64,000 bases of DNA from Mesotaenium endlicherianum (Eukaryota). The stretch lies in contig WELA01000937.1 in the NCBI GenBank assembly GCA_009602735.1, forward strand, positions 178,092 to 242,091, given 5' to 3'. The position numbers and the translations under genes were made by a program. The notes under the pieces were generated by a model. The model saw only the letters and a program-made list of their open reading frames with translations. It made no database searches and had not been told where the DNA came from. Shown in pieces: positions 26,284 to 36,307 of the stretch. Position 1 is the first letter of the stretch. Each line of letters begins with the position of its first letter.

Positions 26284-29200
26284 GCCAGTGTGTGTGAGAT
26301 CACACTAACTACTGATAACCCAGTCAGACTAGGGCCGCATAAGCTCAGTCAGACAAAATGGGACTGTGTGGAGAAAACTTGTGAAGAGCTGCATAAGCTC
26401 CGCATGATTGAAAAATCTACCTCAGTACATGGGGCTCCTACAGTAGTAGTCGCTAAAAAGGACGAGGCCGGCAATTACACTGCCACTCGTATGTGTGGAG
26501 ATTACAGGCGACTGAATCTCTATACGGAGCCAGATAGCTATGTGATGCCTACACCGGAAAGGATCTTTTCAATTGCCACCACCGCAAAGGTGTTTAGCAT
26601 TATCGATCTGCGCCAAGGCTTCAACCAGATCCGTGTGAAAACAGAAGATCGAGGTAAGACCGCTTTCTGGGCTCAAAAGGAACTTTGGCAATGGACAGTA
26701 ATGCCATTTGAGCTGAAAAATGCCCCAGCCATATTTCAGAGGACTATGGATAAAGTGCTGGAGGGGCTCGATTTTGCTAAGCCATACATTGACGATGTGG
26801 TAGTATTCAGCAAGTCCATAGAGGAGCACCTCGAGCACTTGGAACAAGTGTTCCAGCGCCTGGAGAAATTCCAGATGAAGCTGCATCCTAGGAAGTGCAG
26901 ATTCTTTGAGGCACACGTGCCTTATCTAAGACATGAGATTGGGAACAATGCTATGTCCCCTCAGGCTGTGAAGACTAAGGCTATTTACAAGATACCTGCA
27001 CCTGTGAATGTGTCTAACCTGAAAGCTCTGTTAGGGCTAAGCGGATACTATCGTAAGTTTGTGAAGGATTATAGCAGAATTGCTAAACCCTTGACGGAAC
27101 TCCTGAAAAAGGATGTACCTTTTGTGTGGACAGAAGCTCAGGAGAAAGCCATGAACGAGCTTAAGGAGCGGCTGGTAACAGCCCCAGTCTTGCGAACGCC
27201 TGACTACTCCAAATCGTTCAATCTGCACACTGACTGGAGTCGTGTGGGAATTGGCGCAGTACTCACTCAGGCCACAAGCCCTAGAGAGGAGTATGTCATT
27301 GCCTATGCCTCACGCTCTAACAATCGAGCGGAGAGCAACTACTCGTCCTATGAAGGAGAGCTGCTGGCAGTGGTTTGGGCGGTCACACACTTCAGAGAGT
27401 ATCTGTGGGGAAGACCCTTCACACTGATCACGGATCACTCACCATTACTATGGCTGATGAAGAATGGAGACCTCACTGGTAAGTTGGCTCGCTGGGCTCT
27501 TAAGCTGCAAGAGTACCAAATGACGGTGGTGCACAGAGCAGGAGTGCTCAACAACGACGCCGATGGACTCAGCAGGAACCCAGTCCCATCTTCAGACGAC
27601 AGAACAGGAGCTCGAGAGGACGAAGACCCGAGCAGCCCAGCAGAGTTGGTGGCTTGCCTAGCCAAAATGGCTGGAATAGTAGCATCAGGTGAAGCTGAGC
27701 CTCTGCCCCTGTTCAGTCCAGAGATCTGGAAAAATCAAGCTACTATGCACTGGCTTAAGACGGGAACTCACTTGGAAGGACTATCAGTGAAGGAGAAGGA
27801 CCAGGTAAATCATCGAGCTAAAAGGTTTTGCTGGAAATGCAACAACCTCTTCAAAATTGAAGAAACTGGTCAGGAGAAGTTAGTGCCAGAACCCATCAGG
27901 AGACGAGCTCTTGTGCAGGAAATGCACGAGAACACTGGACACTATGGTGTCAAGAAGACATATAGTCTTTTGGAGCTGTCTTACTGGTGGAGGGGCATGA
28001 AGCAGCAGTGTGAAGATGTGATCAAGGCCTGCCAAAGCTGTGATCGCGTCAAGGCTGGTTTTACACAGCAACATCCACACTTGCAACCTTTGCCAATCAT
28101 GGGCCTAGGCTACCGTTGGAGCTGCGATCTTGCAGGTGAGCTACCGCTGTCTAAGCGAGGTAACAAGTATATCATGGTCATGATTGAGCATTTCTCTAAG
28201 TGGATAGAGGTTGTCCCTCTGACTGCTAAGGAGAGTCTAGGGACCGCGGAAGCGTTCCTCAATGGTGTGATTGTGCGTCATGGAGCTCCAGCAGAAGTGC
28301 TGACAGACCAAGGGTCTGAGTTCCAAGGGTCTTTTCAGAAACTCTTGGACAGATGCTTCATNNNNGTCAAGAAGACATATAGTCTTTTGGAACTGTCTTA
28401 CTGGTGGAGGGGCATGAAGCAGCAGTGTGAAGATGTGATCAAGACCTGCCAAAGCTGTGATCGCGTCAAGGCTGGTTTTACACAGCAACATTCACACTTG
28501 CAACCTTTGCCAATCATGGGCCTAGGTTACCGTTGGAGCTGCAATCTTGCAGGAGAGCTACCGCTGTCTAAGCGAGGTAACAAGTATATCATGGTCATGA
28601 TTGAGCATTTCTCTAAGTGGATAGAGGTCGTCCCTTCGACTGCTAAGGAGAGTCTAGGGACCGCGAAAGCGTTCCTCAATGGTGTGATTGTGCGTCATGG
28701 AGCTCCAGCAGAAGTGCTGACAGACCAGGGGTCTGAGTTCCAAGGGTCTTTTCAGAAACTCTTGGATAGATGCTTCATCGATCATCGCACTACGTCTAGA
28801 GATCATCCGCAAGCAGATGGTCTGGCAGAAAGGATGGTGCAAACCATTAAATCTGCTTTGCGCAAGCTTTGCCTTGAGCATGGCAAGCGTGACTGGGATC
28901 TAGCCCTGCCATGGCTGGTTATGGGTTACAGATTTAGCAAGCAGGCTGCCTTGGCAAATTTCTCGCCATATCAGATACTGTTTGGCAGAAGTCCAGTAGT
29001 GCCCAGCAGCATCAAGCAGGAGATTGAACAGGTGAAAGTCCTGGACAGCCCTGATGAACTGTTAAAAGTGATGGTGCGCCGTAAGGCGCTATTTGAGCGC
29101 ATGATACCGGCTGCACTAGACAATCTGAAAATTGCACAGAAAAGAGATACGCAACATTACGCCAGGACGCGAGACGGGAGATACCGCCTGCAGATGACGC

Positions 29201-29601
29201 GGATTTAAGAAGGAGACTTTGTCTACCGCAAGCGCCAGACCAAGACCACCATCGACACCAGTTCAGGTGCAGTGATTTTGCGCGTGAAACATGCGTTTGA
29301 CAATGGTGTGTTAGAACTGGAAGGTTCTGATGGTAAAACCATGAGAGACCACGTGCAAAATTGCTCGCTATGCCATTTGCCGAATATTGATTCCACAGTT
29401 AGGGTGGTGCCTGAGGAATTGGTGCCGGCCACGCCTTGTGCCAACTGCAAAGTGCTGGACGATCAGGAAGCAATGGTAACTTGCGATAAGTGTGGTGCCC
29501 GTTGGCACACTTTTTGCATTGGCGAGGAAGAAATTATGGCAGGACGATGGGAATGTCCTGATTGCCTTCCTAAGACCCCTAGCCGCAGGGCTGGAAAATA
29601 A
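26284..29601 (+). pseudogene. RT, RNase H, DDE integrase and C-terminal PHD finger of the outer element
   Basis: Contains RMCGDYRRLN, PYIDD, HTDWS, DGLSR, HHCC and CDLAG...LTDQGSEF...GLAERM. An in-frame TAA at 29206-29208 is followed in the same frame by EGDFVY and a C4HC3 PHD, CANC...CDKC...WHTFC...WECPDC (29437-29565). Confidence 0.93.
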
Positions 29602-29636
29602 TAGCTTTCAGCAGGAAAGGCAGAGACGCCTCAGCT

Positions 29637-29648
29637 GAAAGGGAGGGG
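29637..29648 (+). promoter_or_regulatory. Polypurine tract of the outer element
   Basis: GAAAGGGAGGGG directly before the TG that starts repeat B1. Confidence 0.85.
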
Positions 29649-31483
29649 TGTAGGAGGAATTAAGGCAAGGCAAGTATTTTTAAATTTCCTGCTAAAGTCT
29701 TAGGATAAGCAGATGGTGAGAGCCGGGTGACAAAGAACGTCACCCTGAGTGTTGGTCAAGGCTGCATGGTGCAAGTTCAGGAACCCAGGGATGGGTTACC
29801 CCTGGTAATGCTTGTCACCGACACACGTGCAAAGGTCGATCGACCATGTCTGCCACACGTGAGGAGGGCCACCGACACATCAACCAGGCCGAAGGCACAC
29901 GTGCTGGAAGGCTACGCACGTGCCGAGGGACCGACACTGTTAGGCACGACAGCTCTCGCGACTATTATCCGTTTGACGGTGTCGCACGCGCAGCGCAAGC
30001 TACGGCCACCTAGTGCTGAAAGTCAACATTGACTCACCGACCACTTGACTGATTACATCGCAGTCAACGGTTATGGCGGCGTCAAGACCACTGGCAAGGG
30101 GTCAATGTCAGTGTGCCCCACACCCAGGGACGGGGGGAGGTTTTGACAAGACAGCCGCGAGGCTAGGAGCTGGGGATCAGCAATGAGCCGCCCAGCAAGT
30201 ACCAGGTCAGGTACTGTGTGACTGGCAGATTAAGTCAGGTCATGGCTGCAATGCCAAGATAGGTTACGGCCGCCCGGTTGGGAAAACTTGAGCAAGTGGC
30301 ATTTGCTTGCACGCCGCTCAGGAATTCTTAGCCATGAGCCAATTAGGCGTGACTGCCAGCTGAGAAGCTAAGCAGCCACGCGCGACAGTCACAAGGTGTG
30401 CATGCATGCTGAGTGACTACGAGTTTGAGTTAAGCATGGCTAGGCAGAGGCAACATGCAGCTAAGTTGTGTGACTAAGCACGGCATTCTCGAAAGATGAC
30501 GCTGTGTGGTGCCTGCGAAAGGCACGAATCTTGCCTGAGACATGCCATTCACTCGCACGCACCTTTGCCAAGAAGCAGAAGGAAAGCGAAGAAGGGCGCG
30601 AAGAGGAAGAAGGAGTTCCCAAGGCCATTGGAGGGCCAAAGCCCCACGCTTCTGACGACGCTGAAGATTCTTCTGTGTATCATAGATAAGTTAGGATTGT
30701 AGGAGTTCCCAAGAGGGAATCTCACGGTTGAAGAAGGAGAACTGCAGAATAGAATCTGCTAGGAGATTAGCACAGAGCCGGCCGAACGCCACGAGTGTGT
30801 GTGTGAAGCAGCCTTAAAATGGTGAGTTGTGTGTTGATTTCCAAGTTCTCAGAAGTCGCATTCGCATCTCGAAGAGAGAGAGTAGTATTGACAGATAAAG
30901 CTCTCAGTGAAGAACTGAGTGAGCCCAGCCTGGCAGTGAAGAGCTGTTAAGGCGCGGTGTTAAGTGAAGAGCTTGACCCAGGCCAGCATAGACGTAGTTT
31001 CAGAGTTTTGTAAGCTGACTTGTGAAAGTTAAGCGAAAGCCTGAAGGGCGATTTTCTCTGAATCTGACGTTGCATGTCAAGCTGTTTAGAGTGTGACTTC
31101 TGCAAACTACAATTTGCTCACCTGTGAACCCAAGAACCTTAAGGCATAAAGCCTATGTGGAAGTAAGAGACTTCCGTCCTTGTAAGAGGAATTAAGGCAA
31201 GGCAAGTATTTTTAAATTTCTTGCTAAAGTCTTAGGATAAGCAGATGGTGAGAGCCGGGTGACAGAGAACGTCACTCTGAGTGTTGGTCAAGGCTGCATG
31301 GTGCAAGTTCAGGAACCCAGGGATGGGTTAACCCTGGTAAGGCTTGTCACCGACACACGTGCAAAGGTCAATCAACCATGTCTGCCACACGTGAGGAGGG
31401 CCACCGACACATCAACCAGGCCGAAGGCACGCGTGCTGGAAGGCTACGCACGTGCCAAGGGACCGACACTTTTAGGCACGACA
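29649..31483 (+). repeat. Split repeats B1-A2-B2
   Basis: B1 29649-29951 and B2 31181-31483 are both 303 bp and near-identical; A2 29954-31180 matches A1. Confidence 0.97.
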
Positions 31484-32771
31484 GCAGTCCGGTGTATGCC
31501 TGCGAACAATTGAGTTTTGGCGCAACGACCTCTACAAAAGCGCCAATAGTTATATTATATTGACAATTATCACATCATCTGTGGTCGGATATATCACAAA
31601 GATGGCAATGGAATTGATTCTTGATGCAATGTCGTTAGACCTTTTGAAATAAGTCACCACAATTCGTCAATATTGAATTTCTTCGCACAAACTCAAGAAT
31701 TATTGAAAAAAAGCGCCAACCAAAAATTCTTTGATTCTTTTCGCCAAAAGGCCCCTTCAGATGAAAAGAGTTAGCACCCCATGGGTTGATCAGTGCAGCT
31801 GTGAGCAGCTTACTGCGGTTGAGTAAATCAGTAGAAGCTCGTAAGGTTACATCCTGATTCGACTGCATGTTCGTACACGTCGTACACGTCGAATGCTAGA
31901 CATGAAGCTTGCACACGTCTTGTGACTGCGATGGCATGCAACTTCAGGTCATTCACAGATTCAAGTGGCATTTAGGCGCACATTATGGTCATGTAGTTGC
32001 TACGTCGACTACGAAGATTAGTCAGCGAAGACATATAGCGTCGACAATAATGCTCTTCACATATGCATATCGTTAAGCATGTATATAAGTTCTGTAAGGC
32101 GCACGCGTCTTTTTATGCGCAAAGTGCACTCCTATTCAAAGTCGAGGTGTAACTTCCTCTCAAATGTAAAGAAAACATCCTCTGTCTCATACTTTAGCAA
32201 GAATACCTGAGGTGCATGCACTTGGACATGCAGCCTCTGCTGTTGGGTGCCCCCATTGCCTGCTTTTGTCGTTAATGCCTCCACCTTCTCAGCCGGCACA
32301 GAATTAAGCGTACTCAACTAGGCCGCCAAATTTCTTTAGCGCCTCCTGACCACTCCTGACTGTCCCAGTGCATAGTTCCTTGTTTCCCCCTGACCCCCGT
32401 ATAATCCTCCTGCGCCCACTACTCCGTACATTTACCTTCCGTCTTCTCCTCCACACACTAGCAGAAGTGGCTGTGGGCAGCCGAACTCACGCCAATCGAA
32501 GTACCCTGCAGATGCTGTGAAATAAGTACTACACATAATCAGTTAGCTTCATCGTCAGTCTGATTCTTGAGCAGCCCAAGTGAGTAGTGAGCAATCAAGC
32601 CACACCTTCCCGCTTGTTAGCTGCTGGCTGCCAAGTCAAAGGGGTCAAAGATACTTCTCACAATCAACTTCCTTGAGCCTGTCCACTCGTGTCCACACAT
32701 CCTCGTCCACGTCAGCCAGTATAGTCAATCCTCTTTTTTCAAGTCTCTGCCGGGGCCATAGTGAAACAGCC

Positions 32772-35700
32772 ATGGGAGAGTTTTGGGCGACATATAGCGT
32801 ACCTCCAAGCCTGCCAGATTTTCCCACCCTCCTTCTGTCCGCCACCTGTGGCCTCCTGCTGTGGGTGGTGTGGAGCTATGTGGTGGTTCCATATGGCATC
32901 TGGCAGGCGTGCCGGCGCCAGGGCATACCCACCATGCCCTTCAGGTGACCAATCTTCTAATTTCCTTTTTCTATATGTATTTCTTATTCTTTCTCTGTTT
33001 CTCTTCCCGAGGAAGAGAAATGTTGCACCCCTGGTTCCTGATATGTAATTTTCTCTTTTTCTTTATACCCTCTGATGTCTGCACCCCTGATTTTTGGTAC
33101 GCTCTTCTTCCCCCAAACTCCTACTCCTCTCCCCCCTCCCCCTGCTGTATGTAACAGAAGGGTCGTAGCAGTCCATTTCTATCTCATCTCACTCAGGCAG
33201 GGTCATCCAATTGCAAAGGATTGCTGTGTGTGAAATCTTTGTGTGTGTGTGCGCGTGTGCGTGTGCGTGGGCGTGTGCGTGTACAAGTTTGTATGCATAC
33301 GATTGTGTATATGTATATATGTATACATATATATATATATATATAGATATACACATGTGTATTAAAAATCATGTATACATATATGTAAATACACGTATGT
33401 ATATATGTATTTATGCTTCCCCTTGTGTATATAAATTAATCCACATGTTTTCATGATCATGCTTCCCTTAATTCTCTGTATACGTTTACCCATAGCGTAA
33501 GTTTTTCTTTGGCTCTCTCTTGAGGCGCTCCTTCATGCCTTTCCAACGGAAGGCCGAGCTGCTCTATTGAGAGAGAGGGGAATGAAGGATAGGGAGCAGG
33601 CACTTCGTGACTTGAATTTCTGTTTGCACGTGTGCTCTTAACACGTACTAACACATGAACGCGTGGCGTGTATCCACTCAATGTGCACACCCCCCGTGTA
33701 GGTTGTACGCATAGAGGGTGCTTGTTTACACGCAAAATTTTACGACACCCGTTTGTGATCTTATGTTCAGGGAGGGCAAGAGAAATGTGGGTGATTCGAA
33801 AATGAACATGCGGCCATTGTTGAGACTTGGGCCCTTTTCGCCATTACATACCCAAACATCTACACTCATGCATGCGTGCGTGTATATAGATGCATGTGTG
33901 TGCGTGTGTGTGTGTGCGTGTGTGTGTGTGTGTGTGCGTGTGTTTTCCTTTTACAAGAACTGCAGCGCCCTGGATTCAAAATCTTGGCACGCGAAATGTG
34001 CAATGGTCTCTTTGGACACGTGTAGCCGTGCTAGCAGCCGTGGCGGTCTTGGCGTTGTCGCACACTAAACGGCAGAAAGACTGGCACATGCATGCACGAG
34101 CACTTGTGTAAAACACGTGTGTGTATGCGTGGGTGGGCGCGTGAAAGGCGTGTGCAGTCTCACGCATGGCTTTGCAAATTTTTTTTTGCATCCAGCAATA
34201 ACATCATCCGACGACTTCAAGTGCATCAGCCACGCATGCATTGCACGCAAATAGATCGCGCGTGCGCGCTTACATGCACGCTCACGCAAGCGCGTGCACA
34301 CAAGCACGCCCGCGCCATTGGGCTCGTTCTGCTGCTGACCAGGCAACCCCTGGCTGATGGGTGGGTGGGGGGGCTGGTCATTGGGCGGGCGGGCGACGTG
34401 TGCGGAGCTCACCTTGAAAATGAATTGCACCAGGCCATTTATCGGGCAGCTCCCGGACATGCGTCGATTTGCGACCGCGACGCGCAATCCCCTGCCCCCC
34501 GATGGGAGCGGCTGCAGAAAGGACGGCCCCGAGTCGTTCATGGGCTTCCAGCTGGCGGCCATGCAGGCGCACGGGAGCCTCTTCCTCATGGGATTCGGGC
34601 CCATCCCGCGCCTCGTCATCGCCGACCCTGCCTTGGCCCGCCAGGTGGCATAACCTGGCCCACCCGGGAGCCTCGTTGCCCCGCCCTTGCACAGGCATGC
34701 TGGCTCCTCAGGAGGGCTGAAGTTCCCGCTTCCAAGTACTGATGTTTACGCTGAGGGGTGTGTTTTGCAAGGGTGCTTCAAGAGTTGCTGGGGCTGCTAG
34801 GGCTGTAGAGTGGAGATTCGAGAGTGAATGGAAGGGTGAGGGGTGAAGGCCAGGGTTTGCAGAGGCAGGAACTCGGCTGGGTGTATGTATGTGGTGTCGT
34901 CGGAATTGCTCGTGCGTAGGGAGGGGTCTGATTGAAAGGCCTGAGTCGAGGGTCGGAGTTTAGGGTTTGAGGTTCACATGAAGGCTTCTTGTCAGGATTA
35001 GGGCTTGGGAGGTAAGGGGCTTAGGGCTATGAGGTGCTGGGCTGAGCGTCTCACAGCTTGGAGCGGGGCAGGAAGCGTGCATGCGATGCTTTGCTGCGCA
35101 CGAGTGAGTGGGAATGATGGGCAACGAGAAGCTCGGCCGCAGAAGTTTGGGTCGCCACGCCCTTCTCAGAATGTTTGAAAAGTATCAGCAGCACCATCCA
35201 AACCGGACCTTAAACCCGACCCAAAACCTGACCCAAAACCTGACCTCAAACCCTCACCCCTTGCCACGCATATAGATTCCCCACAGCACAGCTGGCAGTG
35301 CCCCGCTGAGCTGGCTTGGTCGCACGGGTGGGTGTTTGGGTTGGGTGGGGCGGGGTGCCGNNNNNNNNNNNNNNNNNNNNNNNNNNNNNNNNNNNNNNNN
35401 NNNNNNNNNNNNNNNNNNNNNNNNNNNNNNNNNNNNNNNNNNNNNNNNNNNNNNNNNNNNNNNNNNNNNNNNNNNNNNNNNNNNNNNNNNNNNNNNNNNN
35501 NNNNNNNNCCCCCCCCCCCCCCTCCTCTTCTCTCAGGTCTTTCTGACGAGGGTTTGGTGAAAGAGGGTTTGAAAGTACGGATTGACTATAGGGCTTTGGT
35601 GTATCCGTTTTTTTGACAGGTAGGGTATGGGAGAAGTCAGGGTGTAAGGTACAACAAAGCTTGGTCGTTTCTTTGGGCTGGCTTGGCAGGTGGCTGCTCG

Positions 35701-36271
35701 CCAGGTGGTGGCGTGCTGCCACACTGCGTGCTGCCACACTGCGTGCTGCCACGTGTTGTGCTTGCTTCGTCTATCTATTGGTCGCGGTAGTGACAAGCTA
35801 GCGCTAGTGACAAGCTGGAACCCTTGAACGCTGTTTATTGTTGTTGCAAAGTCGAGCACCCCAGGATCTGACAGGTGGCACTCAGCATCAGTGAGGCAGA
35901 ACAATGTGTTGTGTCATCGTCGCGTTTCCATTTCTTCTCCCCTTCTGTTCGAGCCTCTGTAGCGCACACCTGGTTTTGTCTGCTCGTGGTCGTTATGTTC
36001 GCTGCTAAAATTTCTATTGCTCTGCCCCAATTCCATTGCCCCCAGGCATGAAGTATAATTGGTCTCTTGCTCCCCATGTCCTGTTCTTTCAACCAGTTCA
36101 AGCATGAACATGACAGATGTGCGCCGGTACATGTGCTTGTACTTGTTGCTACTCATTTCCAAGCATTCTTGTGTGTTGCTTCCTGTATCGACGTCAGCCT
36201 TCATGTTTCAATCATCATGTCTAGTATGTACGTGCAAATTGTATTTGAATGTGGATAGACGCATATGTATG

Positions 36272-36307
<36 letters not shown>

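Larger units (their letters stand above)
12323..31483 (+). mobile_element. Ty3/Gypsy-type retrotransposon with split direct repeats (A-internal-B-A-B), carrying a C5 DNA methyltransferase and a PHD finger; degenerate copy
   Basis: Termini TGTCG...CGACA with TSD GCAG (12319-12322 and 31484-31487). Repeats are A1 12323-13548, B1 29649-29951, A2 29954-31180 and B2 31181-31483. Domain order is Gag-PR-DNMT-RT-RH-IN-PHD. Confidence 0.92.
12188..31783. mobile_element. Non-autonomous hAT-type element (MITE, about 430 bp) split by the retroelement insertion
   Basis: Perfect 15-bp TIRs CATGGGGTGCTAACT (12188-12202) and AGTTAGCACCCCATG (31769-31783). An 8-bp TSD GGTTGATC lies at 12180-12187 and 31784-31791. 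Its own sequence is 12188-12322 plus 31488-31783. Confidence 0.9.

Noticed and set aside
27949..28778. Apparent tandem duplication of the integrase core (27949-28361 and 28366-28778)
   Set aside because: The two copies meet exactly at an NNNN gap, so they are most likely overlapping contig ends from different copies or alleles, not a double integrase.
12323..31483. Classification as a DIRS/Ngaro/PAT tyrosine-recombinase element
   Set aside because: No tyrosine-recombinase ORF was recognised. The element has a protease, a Gypsy-type RT and an HHCC/DDE integrase, and its methylase is C5-type rather than the adenine type of DIRS.
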